Assembly: GCA_951406725.2 (NCBI GenBank)
Contig: OX597814.1
Coordinates: 28,024,001-28,088,000, forward strand
DNA length: 64,000 nucleotides
Source of the DNA: Octopus vulgaris
Lineage: Eukaryota
Direction: 5' to 3'
This document shows, piece after piece, positions 13,116-26,853 of the stretch. The first letter of the stretch is position 1. Each line of letters starts with the position of its first letter. Both the position numbers and the translations under genes were made by a program. The notes under the pieces are model-generated. The model saw only the letters and a list, made by a program, of their open reading frames with translations, had not been told where the DNA came from and ran no database searches.

Positions 13116-13515
13116 CTCTTTTACTCTTTTACTTGTTTCAGTCGTTTGACTGCGGCCATGCTGGAGCACCGCCTTTAGTCGAGCAAATCGACCCCGGGAC
13201 TTATTATTTGGAAGCCCAGTACTTATTCTATCGGTCTCTTTTGCCGAACCGCTAAGTGACGGGGACGTAAACACACCAGCATCGGTTGTCAAGCAATGCT
13301 AGGGAGACACACAAACACACACACACATACATATATATACATACATATATACGACAGGCTTCTTTCAGTTTCCGTCTACAAAATCCACTCACAAGGCATT
13401 GGTCGGCCCGGGGCTATAGCAGAAGACACTTGCCCAAGATGCCACGCAGTGGGACTGAACCCGGAACCATGTGGTTGGCTAGCAAGCTACTTACCACACA
13501 GCCACTCCTGCGCCT
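13116..13515 (-). mobile_element. SINE family A, full length
   Basis: ggcgcaggagtggctgtgtgg head through the tail. Confidence 0.92.
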
Positions 13516-13526
13516 ATAATATTATA

Positions 13527-13835
<309 letters not shown>

Positions 13836-13857
13836 AAAATCTGCATATACTTGCAGT

Positions 13858-14290
13858 AGTCAACGGAATTTGCACTCGGAACACAGCGACAGGTGAAATA
13901 CCTATTTCTTTATACCCACAAGGGGCTAAACACAGAGAGGACAAACAAGGACAGACAAACGGATTAAGTCGATTACATCGACCCCAGTGCGTAACTGGTA
14001 CTTATTCAATCGACTCCGAAAGGATGAAAAGCAAAGTCAACCTCGGCGGAATTTGCACTCGGAACACAGCGACAGGTGAAATACCTATTTCTTTACTACC
14101 CACAATGGGCTAAACACAGAGAGGACAAACAAGGACAGACAAACGGATTAAGTCGATTATAACGACCCCAGTGCGTAACTGGTATTTATTCAATCGACTC
14201 CGAAAGGATGAAAGGCAAAGTCGACCTCGGCGGAATTTGAACTCAGAACGTAACGGCAGACGAAATACCTATTTCTTTACTACCCACAAG
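13858..14290 (-). mobile_element. Head-less tandem concatemer of SINE B (~185-bp unit)
   Basis: gaaatacctatttcttta junction at ~13897, ~14078 and ~14262. Confidence 0.88.
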
Positions 14291-15300
14291 GCGCTTGAAT
14301 CATTGTGTTCCTTCCGGTTTTGTAAGCATGCGTGTATTTATGATTGTAATGGCTACAGTAACTCCATCACAGTGCAACCAACCAGTTTCATTTTAACACA
14401 CGATCTAGGATCAAATCAACGAACAAGTGAAAGTTTCGGACGTGAAAATGAAATAGCCTCCTGTAAATGACGGGTAATCGAAGAAGAGGTGCATACAAAT
14501 GCAGCGATGGCTGTCATAGAACAATTGAAGCGTTTAGTAACAGACCGTCGTAAGCGCCACAACTTAAAAACCGAGTAAAACGCAGTCAATGTCTCGCGAC
14601 TTTCAGAATGGGATATCTCGGCAAGGAATAGAGTTAGAAAGCTGGTTTTGGTATTAAAATGACCGTGAAGACCCCCTCTAATCATTCCACCTATGTCAAA
14701 TTATTTATTTATGCATGCATCTGAAAGATGAAATAATGACTGCATCTTTCTCATTTTGTAGAATATACCAGTACTACGAAACGGTGTATCGCATTGCATA
14801 TTTTAGCTATAATACTTAGAAAAACACACAGAGACTCCCTCCAACCAAAGGCATTGTTTGTGTTTTAATATACCACGGTAAGTATCTTTAAGAAGTAAGT
14901 AAGACAAGATATTAAGATAATAGCCTATTATCGTTACAATGGTAACGGGGAATATTAGAAAATGAGCCCTAACACCTCGACAAACGATACAGGGAACACA
15001 CCAAAGTTATTGATTGAGCAAGTGTGCTTACGATGGTGTGTTACTAAACTCTATGATCCGAGTTTGGTTGAGCGTACGTCGTGTCAATAGTGTCGAAGTA
15101 CAACTTATTGCAAGCCTCACCGGTTCTTCCTCCCAACTTTTTCGGATTCTAGACGTCGGGACAAAGAAAATGACATACTAACCTGGCGAATGGCCAGGGT
15201 GGCGCTTACAACACTCAGTTACTAAACGCCTCAATTGATGTCAAAGGATCAGAACTTAAAATTAAATCTGTTGTATTATTTTCAATCGTTGTTTTCTGAT

Positions 15301-15815
15301 CAGCGCTGGATTAACCATTAAGCAAAATAAGCACGTACCGAGGGCTTCAAGGGAAGTGGGGAACACCACAGAAATGGTAAATGGTTTACGGTGGCTTATA
15401 TGACCGGAAATATAAATTTTGAAGTGTTCATGGTGTCATAGTGAGGATCTGATAAAAGACCTTTGCAATTAAAAGATGTAAGATAAAAACATTCCAAATA
15501 TAAATAGGGTGGAGAATTTTCAGATATAAATAAAATGGAAGCATACAAAAATAAACATTAATTTCCATCTTACTGTTAGTTTTGCTTCATTTTGAAAAAT
15601 AAAAACATATTTTATGGTTTATAATTCTTTACATTTTGAATTACAGGTGTCGAAACCATAATGATATCCGTGGGGCAGCTGATGATGGAGGATTGTTGGT
15701 ATGGCTATTTTTGTGTATATGGAATAGTTTTATAACACATCCTTTTGATATATATGGGGGGGCCACCAAAATCTTTAAAGTGCTTTGGTCCTCTATGGGT
15801 CTTAATCTGGTCCTG
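15301..15815. mobile_element. Non-autonomous hAT element
   Basis: TIRs cagcgctggattaa / ttaatctggtcctg; 8-bp TSD tttctgat at 15293-15300 and 15816-15823. Confidence 0.88.
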
Positions 15816-16406
15816 TTTCTGATAAAGATTTACACTAGATGAAAACTCAAATTTCTAAGTTTCCTACAGCTGTTGGGATTAATCCGATCTAACAAATGGC
15901 TACTATGTTTGCTTGTTTTGTGTTTCGTTAGGTCCTTAGAAGACAACTTCCGTATTAATATCTGTTTGTATTTAGCTTCCTGTCCCTTTTATGCTTGCCC
16001 TTCTTTACCTTTCAGACTGAATTATTTGACTTAATTTTAAGCATTGACTTCCAACATTAATTTTAATTGGATTTTCATTTTGCCAGCTACTTCCTTCTTT
16101 CTACTTAACTTATATGACACTAGCTGACACGCAAGTTCATATACACACACAAATATATACACGCTCAAACACACACACGCACACACATACACACACACGC
16201 ACACACACACACGCACACACACACACACACACACACAAACAAACACACGCACACACATACGTAAACACACACAGATTTATGTATAGATATATGTATGTAT
16301 ATATATATATATGTGTGTATATATGAATCTATGTGTGTGTGTGTATATCTCTCTCTATATATATATACACACACACATAGATTCATATAGATATGTATAT
16401 ATATAT

Positions 16407-16581
16407 ATTCTTTTATTTGTTTCAGTCCTTAGACTGTAGCCATGCTGGAGCACCGCCTTTAGTCTAACAAATCGACATCAGGAATTATTCTTTGCAGTAC
16501 TTATTCTATCGGGAGTCTTTTGCCGAACCGCTAAGTTACGGTGACGTAAACACACTAACATCGGTTGTTAAGCGATGGTGG

Positions 16582-16612
<31 letters not shown>

Positions 16613-16698
16613 CGACGGGTTTTTTTTTCAGTTTTCATCTACCAAATCCACTCACAAAGCTTTTGATCGGCTTGAGGCTATAGTAGATGACACTTGCT
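16407..16698 (-). mobile_element. SINE A, partial
   Basis: Family A 3' two-thirds. Confidence 0.8.
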
Positions 16699-17110
16699 GG
16701 ATCTAGAATTATCCAGTAATTTTTTTGCTAGTTTATTTTGTCTCTTTGTCTTCCTCCTGGTGCTGTGTGAACATTTAATGTGGTCTTAGAGTCAAGTTGT
16801 GACTGCTATTTCCAGCGTGGTAGTATCTCTTAAATAACCTAAATTATAATTTTAAATAATTATCACCTTTGAATGTTTTTATTCCCATGCTGGCCACCTG
16901 ACAAGATCGGTATTTAAATATCGATCAAATCCTTATATATATATATATAGTTCCATGTAATATGAAACATAGTCACGCGACCTTAAATAGGTCATGTGAC
17001 TATGTCTTATATAGACTGGGTGAATATGGCTCAAACTGACCGTGTTACCGTATCTCAGATATGTATGTACATGTCCATGTATGCATGCGTACAAACATAA
17101 AAATATATAC

Positions 17111-17169
<59 letters not shown>

Positions 17170-17184
17170 TTATTTATTTATATA

Positions 17185-17586
17185 TACTCTTTTACTCTTT
17201 TACTTGTTTCAGTCATTTGACCGCTGCCATGCTCGAGCACCGCCTTTAATCGAGCAACTCGACCACGGGACTTATTCTTTTTTGTAAGCCCAGTACTTAT
17301 TCTATCGGTCTCTTTTGCCGAACCGCTAAGTAACGGGGACATAAACACACCAGCATTGGTTGTTAAGCAATGCTAGGGGGACAAACACACACACACACGC
17401 ATATATATATATAAATATATAAACGACGGGCTTCTTTCAGTTTCCGTCTACCAAATCCACTCACAAAGCTTTGGTCGGTCTGAGGCTATAGTAGAAGACA
17501 TTTGCCCGAGGTGCCACGCAGTGGGACTGAACCTGGAACCATGTGGTTGGTAAACAAGCTGCTTACCACACAGCCACTCCTGCGCC
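17185..17586 (-). mobile_element. SINE family A, full length
   Basis: Family A head to tail. Confidence 0.92.
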
Positions 17587-17766
17587 ATATATATAATAAA
17601 TATATATACATGTGTGCATATGTATCTATATATGTACGTATGTATGCATGTATACACATGTATGTAATATACATATATATGTATGTGTGTATGTATATGC
17701 GCTTGTACATGTGTGTATGCGGCGTGTGTGTGTATAATGTCCTCAAAACATACACATACACATTAT

Positions 17767-18179
17767 AGGCGCAGGAGTGGCTGTGTGGTAAGTAGCTTGC
17801 TAAACAACCACATGGTTCCGGGTTCAGTCCCACTGCGTAGCATCTTGGGCAAGTGTCTTCTGCTATAGCCCCGGGCCGACCAATGCCTTGTGAGTGGATT
17901 TGGTAGACTGAAACTGAAAGAAGCCTGTCGTATATATGTATATATATATATAAGTGTGTGTGTATATGTTTGTGTGTCTGTGTTTGTCCCCCTAGCATTG
18001 CTTGACAACCGATGCTGGTGTGTTTACGTCCCCGTCACTTAGCGGTTCAGCAAAAGAGACCGATAGAATAAGTACTGGGCTTACAAAGAATAAGTCCCGG
18101 GGTCGATTTGCTCGACTAAAGGCGGTGCTCCAGCATGGCCGCAGTCAAATGACTGAAACAAGTAAAAGAGTAAAAGAGT
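17767..18179 (+). mobile_element. SINE family A, full length
   Basis: Family A head to tail. Confidence 0.92.
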
Positions 18180-18226
18180 ATAGTTGTATATTCACATGTG
18201 TACATACCCACCTCCACACACACACA

Positions 18227-18266
<40 letters not shown>

Positions 18267-18505
18267 AGCACTCACATATACCAGGTTCATACATGCAAAC
18301 GAATGCAAAAAATGTCACTAAAACATTGCGTAAAGTTTATATTTCACAAGAAAACCGTTTGTGATTCATTCGTTCTTCACAAAAGATTTGTCACACAGAG
18401 CAAAATATATATATATATATATGCAATCTTTCCGCTATTCGTTGTGAATCATGAGAGATATCTGAAGGAACGTGTACGTAGGTGTGTGAGTGTGTGTGTG
18501 TGTGT

Positions 18506-18542
<37 letters not shown>

Positions 18543-18901
18543 TGTGTGTATGAAACTTTACGTAGTGCCAGTAATGAATCACATACACACACACACACAC
18601 ACACACGCACTCACACATACACAGAAACGCTCGCACATACACACAAGCGCTCGCACATACATACATACACACACACACGTATGTGCTTGCACATACATAC
18701 ATACATTCATACATACATACATAATACATACATACATAAATACATACATTCATACATACATAATACATATATATATATATATATATATATATTAATTATA
18801 TAGAAGGAGCTTCTACAGGACTAGAACTGTTTCATTCAAAAGAAATCATCATGTATTGAGTACCTTATTTACTGTGGTTAACCCTGACTCAACCCGGGAC
18901 C

Positions 18902-18941
<40 letters not shown>

Positions 18942-18964
18942 CATGCATAAACACACACACACAT

Positions 18965-19001
<37 letters not shown>

Positions 19002-19396
19002 CTTTATTTTAATGCTTTTATGTGTATAATTTAGATTCATATTCATACGTCTGTATATGTATGTATGGCGTTTACGCGCATCCTTTTGTGTATGTTGATA
19101 TATATATGTGGATTTTAATATAAATATGTATTGCAGTATTTATAACAGGTTTAATTTCTATGCATTAATTTGTACGGTCTTCATTAACGGCAATAGGTTT
19201 TTTCCTCGGTTTTTTCCTCGGATTTTATAATTTTTATAAGTTTTTTTATATATATATACATATATTTTTGACCTTTTTGTTTATCGCTCGAAGATTGACC
19301 GTTTTTTCTAAAGGGCCAATCAAACAAGTCCATTTCTTTTTAAAGGTGTAGCGTTTGTAAGAGTATAGATTGAATTAATATATATGTTCCATTCTA

Positions 19397-19473
19397 GCAA
19401 AAACTGTCTGATGAACGGCAACGAGAAACTCAGAGTAACAGATTTTGTTGAATTTTCTGCTGCTTAAAATAAA
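19397..19473 (+). ncRNA. Second copy of the 3271-3348 hammerhead module (motif 19404-19441)
   Basis: Near-identical; ends at the same aaataaag|(TA)n junction. Confidence 0.7.
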
Positions 19474-19776
19474 GTATATATATATATATATATATATACA
19501 TACATTCATACATACGTACACACATACATACATAAATACATACATACGTACATACATACATACATACATACATACATACATACATACATACATACATACA
19601 TACATACATACATACATACATACATACATACATTTGTTCCCAAAGCATATGGTTTCGGTTTCAGTCCCACAGCGTGATACCTTTCGCAATTGCCTACTAC
19701 TGTAACCGCGGACAGAGCAAAGTCTTGTGAATGGATTTGGTAGATAGAATTCGAAAGAGCTCCATCGTGTGAGTTT

Positions 19777-19828
<52 letters not shown>

Positions 19829-20167
19829 TATAAAATGCGGATGCAGATACGGATTCTGTGGCTATCACAGAAAGCTCCTCTAACGGACACAGGTGTCAGG
19901 CTTATATAGTAATTCAATACAGAGAAGCGTAATGCAGACTGTCCGTGTAATTGAAATCCAAAAGATGCGATCAATGATACTACATCATGAGGAATATATA
20001 AACTATAAAAGGCCAAGAAGGTATGAGAGATGAATATATTTATTTGATCGTCGACTTCCTTCGGATTTCGGCCGTTTCGTAGCAATCTTTATGTATTAGT
20101 AATATCAGAGTGAAATAAAATTGTTTGTATGTCTGTGTTAATGTATTTGCTATGCATTATACAATAT

Positions 20168-20753
20168 AGGAGCAGGAGTGGCTGTGTGGTAAGTAGCTTG
20201 CTTACCAACCACTTGGTCCCGGGTTCAGTCCCACTGCGTGGCACCTTGGGCAAGTGTCTTCTACTATAGCCTCGGGTCGACCAAAGCCTTGTGAGTAGAT
20301 TTGGTAGACGGAAACTGAAAGAAGCCCGTCGTGTATGTATATATATGTATATGCATAGGGAGAGTTTACGAAAAAAATAAAAGATGAAGACAGGTGGTGT
20401 ACAAAACAAACAGATGTATTAGTATAACGCTCAGGAGTAGAAAAAAGTATTTAACGTTTCGAGCCTACGCTCTTCTGCAGAAAGGGACACAGAAAAAAAC
20501 AAGGAGAGAAACAAGGATAGAAAAAATGTGTGTGTGTGTGTGTTTGTGTTTGTGTTTGTCTCCCCAACATCGCTTGACAACCGATGCTAGTGTGTTTACG
20601 TCCCCGTAACTTAGCGGCTCGGCAAAAGAGACCGATAGAATAAGTAGTAGGCTTACAAAGAATAAGCTCTGGGGTCGATTTGCTCGACTATAAGGGCGGT
20701 GCTTCAGCATGGCCGCAGTCAAATGACTGAAACAAGTAAAAGAGTAAAAGAGT
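20168..20753 (+). mobile_element. SINE A with Penelope-type fragment (~20357-20525) in its internal microsatellite
   Basis: Insert has hammerhead-like CTGCAGA-a gagc gtag gctc-GAAAcgtt on minus; related pieces at 22614-22732, 42848-42977 and ~4241-4298. Confidence 0.8.
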
Positions 20754-21008
20754 ATAGTTGTATATTCAGAAACCAATGCAAATAAAGAAAGCAAATTCAT
20801 CAGATTACCAAGATTAATGCAAACATGTAAACATAATTTTATTCCACACTGATATCATTGATGCATGAAGAAGGTTATGAAAAAGCCGCAGTTCTAAAGA
20901 TGTCAAGTCGTTGAATAAATATAGCCATCTATTATTTAAATTTTGGGGATGCCTTTTTTTTATCTTACTTTTGTTAATATCAAAGAGAAAGAGGAAGGTG
21001 AATAAATG

Positions 21009-21077
<69 letters not shown>

Positions 21078-21678
21078 TGAAAATAGGGAGAGAAAGAGAA
21101 GGTTTGTGGAAATATAGTTTCGACTTTGGAGTTTCAGATGAGAAGCATTCTTCAAAAGTTAAAACTTCAAATTAAAAATTTTAAAACGAAACGATAAAAA
21201 GTATTATGAATGCAAAATATTTAGAATAACATCGATGATGACGACAGCAATTTCTGTTTTTTAAAACAAAAAACAAAAAAAAACAAGAAGAAAAAGAGAT
21301 TGTATACATGATATTAAGATAGATCGTTCGGTCATGGTTACGTGTTATATAAAGAATGCTCGGAATAGGTCAAAGAGACATAATTTGACATTCTCTATTG
21401 TTTTAGAGCGAGTCTGGAAAAATACCCTGATCATTGAATGCGATCTTCAATAAAGTATTTTGTTTTGTAATTTTATAGGAAGGGCTGATCTTATCATCAA
21501 CGACCCTCTTAATATTCTTCGTATTAGGAAGGAATGAAATGGGATTGAGATCTATTGAATTCCACAACAGAGGAGGGGCATCCGCACACCTACAGATACA
21601 CCCACTAAGAAAGCTATGTTTGTATATATGTATACATACATACATACATACATACATACATACATACATACATACATG

Positions 21679-21723
<45 letters not shown>

Positions 21724-21726
<3 letters not shown>

Positions 21727-21900
21727 TGCAGGAGTGGGTGTGTGGCTGTGTGGTAAGTAGCTTGCTTACAAACCACATGTTCCCGGGTTCAGTCCCACTG
21801 CGTGGCACCTTGGGCAAGTGTCTTCTATAACCTCGGGTCGAACAACGCCTTATGAGTGGATTTCGTAGAGGGAAACTGAAAGAAGCCCGTCGTATATATG

Positions 21901-21970
<70 letters not shown>

Positions 21971-22178
21971 TCTGTGATTGTCCCCCACCAACATCGCTTG
22001 ACAACCGATGCTGGTGTGTTTACGTCCCTGTAACATAGCGGTTCGGCAAAAAAGTCCGATAGAATAAGTACTAGACTTACAAAGAATAAGTCCTGGGGTC
22101 GATTTGCTCGACTAAAGGTGTTGCTCCAGTATGGTCGTATTCAAATGTCTGAAACAAGAGTAAAGAGAGAAAAGAGTG
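21724..22178 (+). mobile_element. SINE family A
   Basis: Family A head to tail. Confidence 0.9.
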
Positions 22179-22221
22179 TATATATATATATGCCTAGACA
22201 CACACATACACACACACGCAT

Positions 22222-22260
<39 letters not shown>

Positions 22261-22486
22261 ATCGCTTCTTTTTTTTCATGCTCTTGCTTGATGGCGCTGG
22301 GGTCATTTCAAGTTAGTGGTCCCAGAGAGGTCATTATTCGTAGAGCCGACCAAGTTCATCAGTGCCCTTCCTCGCAGTCGGTCCCGGGCCAGACCCTCTG
22401 CATCCTCCAAGGTGACGTCGAGCCTCTGGAAATCTTCCTTAATCACGTCCAGCTAACTGGTGCGGTGCTTGCCACACACACACACA

Positions 22487-22542
<56 letters not shown>

Positions 22543-22579
22543 CACACACACACACTCACACACGCACGCACACACACGC

Positions 22580-22611
<32 letters not shown>

Positions 22612-22859
22612 GTAGAAGAGCGTAGGCTCGAAACCTAAAAGACTTTTTTCTATTCCTGAGCGTTATACTAATACATCTGTTTGTTTTCTACACCACCTGT
22701 CTTCGTCTTTTATTTTTTTCGTAAACTCTCCCTATGCATATACATATATATACATACACGACGGGCTTCTTCCAGTTTCCGTCTACCAAATCTACTCACA
22801 AGTCTTTGGTCGACCCGAGGCTATAGTATATGTGCGCGCAAATATATCTCTACATATAT

Positions 22860-23110
22860 GAGCTGCGGCACGTGACTTGGTAGTTGAGAGTGTTGCACTC
22901 GTGATAGTAAGATTGCGGTTTCTATTCTTGGGTCGCACGATGCGTTTTGTTCTTGAGCAAAACACTCCATTTTACATTATACTCCAGTCTCCTTAACTGA
23001 CAAAAATGAGTAATTCTGCAACGAGCCGGCGTCCCGTCCAGAGAGACTAAATAAATACGTCACAGAATCCGAGAAACCGGCCTTATGAGCTTATGGTTTG
23101 GGAAAGACCT
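22860..23110 (+). mobile_element. Old tRNA-derived SINE (C/D-like head); similar head at ~46466-46565
   Basis: Degenerate A/B boxes followed by gttcttgagcaa CORE-like motif. Confidence 0.55.
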
Positions 23111-23130
23111 TTGATCTTTTTTTTTTATAT

Positions 23131-23345
23131 ATACAATAATCACTCGCCATATCGCGGTTCACCTATCGCGGTTCACCTATCGCGCCCTCAGTACATCACG
23201 AATCTTTCTGGCTAATATATGTAAATTTATATCGCGGGTTTCTGCGGCCGATAGGTACTTATACTTTTTTTATAGATTTTAATAATTTCTGTGGTAAAAT
23301 AAGCATTTTCATGCCTAAAAATGAATAAATGAAAATACAGTACAG
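23131..23345. mobile_element. pogo/Tigger-like MITE end
   Basis: TA|caataatcactcgccatatcgcggttcac terminus with repeated tatcgcgg; only one end seen. Confidence 0.45.
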
Positions 23346-23384
23346 TACTGCACTGTATAACAAATTAATTAAAATATAATCCTT

Positions 23385-23708
23385 TCTATTCTAGGCACAA
23401 GGCCCAACATTTTTGGAGAGTCGACCTCGGCGGAATTTGAACTCAGAACGTAAAGACAAACGAAATACCTATTTCTATTTCTTTACTACCTACAATGGGC
23501 TAAATACAGAAGGGACAAACAAGGACAGACAAACAGATTAAGTCGATTATATCGACGCCAGTGCGTAACTGGTACTTAATCTATCGATCCCGAAAGGATG
23601 AAAGCCAAAGTCGACCTCGGCGGAATTTGAACTCAGAACGTAACGGCAGACGAAATCCCGCTAAGCATTTCGCCCTGCGTGCTAACGTTTCTGCCAGCTC
23701 GCCGCCTT
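23385..23708 (-). mobile_element. SINE B with partial tandem unit
   Basis: Family B match. Confidence 0.85.
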
Positions 23709-23709
23709 A

Positions 23710-23911
<202 letters not shown>

Positions 23912-23912
23912 T

Positions 23913-24000
<88 letters not shown>

Positions 24001-24004
<4 letters not shown>

Positions 24005-24370
24005 ACTTAGAATAACTGAGAAAGGTTTTGGCCAGTATTGGCCCAGGCCATGTCTAACTTAATAGCACCACCTGGCGAAGTCTTTCAGTTCAGGATTTGG
24101 GCACCAAGGCCCATTCGAGCAGAGAGTTATTGTTTGCGGAGACATATCCGGGTGTGGGTGGTTTGTCCGGTACTGTTTGAAGGAATTTGTCCAAAGACTT
24201 CTTGAATTTTGTGTGGTCAGTTTCTTTTTTGACGTGTCCTGGTGTAATGTTGAAGAGAGCGGGTCCAATTGAGGTGAAATAGTTGTGCCGTATTGTCGTT
24301 ATGTGATGCGATTTAGATTTTTGTTGTGGACGGATGGCACGTGCTCCAAGACTTGGATGCATTTTGAAGA
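24001..24370 (-). pseudogene. 3' end of a CR1/Crack-like LINE (ORF2 C-terminus + 3' UTR)
   Basis: FTSIGPALFN..FKKSLDKFLQTVPDKP..PGY..NSL typical of invertebrate CR1-group C-termini; short tandem tail; 5'-truncated at (TA)n. Confidence 0.7.
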
Positions 24371-24849
24371 TATATATATATATATATATATATATTAAAG
24401 AGAGAGTGAGCGTGTATGAGTGAGAGAGGAAGAGTAATACACCAGATATACACACTTATAAGTTATTGACATTCCGCGGTTTGCAGCAGCAGGTTTCATT
24501 TTTTTCCTTTGAATGGCGGTGGTCATTTATGGCTCATTCTTCAATTGTGTCATATGACATAATTCAGTCACAAAAATTGCTGAAGCCTACACGTCAGTTT
24601 TTAGTTTCCTGTGAATTTGATACTTTACGAATGAGTCTGTTCTCTTATCTATTTCCAGCTTTGTATCAAATAGGCCGCGTAGCTGTGTCTTAAACAGGAT
24701 CTCAAACTGTGCCTCAATTAGATCTTGTTGTTTTGTCTCAAATAAGCCGCGTAGTCACATGTGCGTGATTTAACAGTTGCCGTGTAACTGTGTCTGAAAC
24801 AGGCCGCGTGACTGTATTTTAAATAAGTTTAATATATAAGTTTAATATA

Positions 24850-25480
24850 TGACTGCCAACAGCAGGACCAAAGTATCCGAGATACTCACTAGGAGTCGGA
24901 AACTTTCGATCGGCCAGCGTTGTTTCGGATAAGTTTAGATCTCGACAGTATGGACAATCTTCATGGACCCGGTTGAGAAAACACAACAACCAATGGTCCT
25001 GGATGTGAATAGCTGCGAAGTTTATGTAGCGTCTTAGGTCAAGTAAAGACGAATTTTAAGCGCCTTGTATGTTGTCAGGAGCTCGCAGTTCTTTACCAAC
25101 TGGGGAATAAGCAATTTGGTCGGAGATATAGAAACCCTTATATTCTATAGATGATTAGTGGTGGGCAAGAGCGACAACGTTCTCAAGACGCTCAAGGTGT
25201 CGACGAAGATCAACTGAACAATCTATTTCCGAGGGGCTTCAGTCTGGAGACTGTGGACGGCTTACAGAAAACCCTGGCCTGGTAGTGCTAGTCGTTGGCT
25301 AATGCCAATTCTAGATAAACTGTACAGGTAGAGCGATAGAGCCATTCTGCTCACTCTCATTCGGTGTTCGAGAACTCCTGACTTGTAAAAATTATGTCGA
25401 ATAGCTGTTGTTGCGTGTAGGACACATTCGGATATCAAACAAGTTCATTGCAAAGTTCACTCCACCACACTCCCTAGGCC
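24850..25480 (-). pseudogene. Possible highly decayed Penelope-like RT/GIY-YIG relic
   Basis: VHEDCPYCRDLNLSETT resembles VY.I.C..C...YIGET; a 130-bp part recurs at ~27777-27910. Confidence 0.3.
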
Positions 25481-25719
25481 GTGAGTACAAATTCCGCTCA
25501 CATCAACTCTGCCTTTCATTTTGCCGATGTCGATATCGATGAAATGATGTCAAAACCGCGATTAATTTGATTAACTAAATACCAGTAAATTAATTGGCTC
25601 CATTTAATAAACTAACCCCCCCCCCCCACTTTGCAACTTTCAGTCGTTTGTGTCCATATTCGAAATCATAATAATTATTAATATTTCTCCATGATACCAT
25701 TCATAATGTAAGTACCTAG

Positions 25720-26853
25720 CTTTGAGATCAAGCCCAATACTTGGCAAACACATGCACATGACCGCCGCCCTGCCTGGCGAAGCTGCACCAACAGAGGTGG
25801 TACTTTCTGCAAAAAGAACGGGATTGCAGGGTCACAGAGAAAACGCGAACTGCGCAAGTCCAGAGCCGAGCCAACCCCCCCTTGTCTTAAGTCCCAGCAG
25901 ACTACCAGTGCCCGACCTGTTGTAGAGCCTTCCGAGGGAGCATGTATCGGACCTGATTGGCCACAGCTGGACACACCGTGCCTCCTCGTCTTCTTCTTCT
26001 TCTTCTTCTTCTTCTTCTTCTTCTTCTTCTTCTTCTTCTTCTTCTTCTTCTTCTTCTTCTTCTTCTCCTTCTTCTTCTTCTTCTTCTTCTTCTTCGTCTT
26101 CTTCTTCTTCTTCTTCTTCTTCTTCTTCTTCTTCTCCCTCTTCTTCTTCATCATCTTCTTCTTCTTCTTCTTCTTCTTCTTCGTCTTCTTCTTCTTCTTC
26201 GTCTTCTTCTTCTTCTTCTTCTTCTTCTTCTTCTTCTTCGTCTTCTTCTTCTTCTTCTTCTTCTTCTTCTTCTTCTTCGTCTTCTTCTTCTTCTTCTTCT
26301 TCTTCTTCTTCTTCGTCTTCTTCTTCTTCTTCTTCTTCTTCTTCTTCTTCTTCTTCTTCTTCTTCTTCTTCTTCTTCTTCTTCTTCTTCTTCTTCTTCTT
26401 CTTCTTCTTCTTCTTCTTCTTCTTCTTCTTCTTCGTCTTCTTCTTCTTCTTCTTCTTCTTCTTCGTCTTCTTCTTCTTCTTCTTCTTCTTCTTCTTCTTC
26501 TTCTTCTTCTTCTTCTTCTTCTTCTTCTTCTTCTTCTTCTTCTTCTTCTTCTTCTTCTTCGTCTTCTTCTTCTTCTTCTTCTTCTTCTTCTTCTTCTTCT
26601 TCTCCCTCTTCTTCTTCATCATCTTCTTCTTCTTCTTCTTCTTCTTCTTCTTCTTCGTCTTCTTCTTCTTCTTCGTCTTCTTCTTCTTCTTCTTCTTCGT
26701 CTTCTTCTTCTTCTTCTTCTTCTTCTTCGTCTTCTTCTTCTTCTTCTTCTTCTTCTTCTTCTTCTTCTTCTTCTTCTTCTTCTTCATTCTTCTTCTTCCA
26801 TGTGATGTCCTTGGTCATCATCGACAACGACGGACAAACTAATAATAATAATA
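25720..26853 (+). pseudogene. RTE (BovB-like) LINE 3' end split by a (CTT)n expansion
   Basis: FEIKPNTWQTHAHDR..WR..KRELRK and CPTCCRAFR..IGHSWTH (frameshifted); terminal ggtcatcatcgacaacgacggac + (TAA)n at 26799-26853. Confidence 0.8.
25990..26798. repeat. ~810-bp (CTT/GAA)n array
   Basis: Directly visible, with cgt/cat/ccc interruptions. Confidence 0.98.

Noticed and set aside
14295-14760. Possible DNA transposon end
   Set aside because: No TIR pair or TSD found
17767-17835. tRNA-like A/B boxes as tRNA genes
   Set aside because: They are SINE heads continuing into repeat bodies, with no complete cloverleaf
25678-26827. Long poly-K / poly-E / poly-L ORFs
   Set aside because: Translations of the (CTT)n array inside an RTE 3' UTR; open in several frames simply because the repeat has no stop codons
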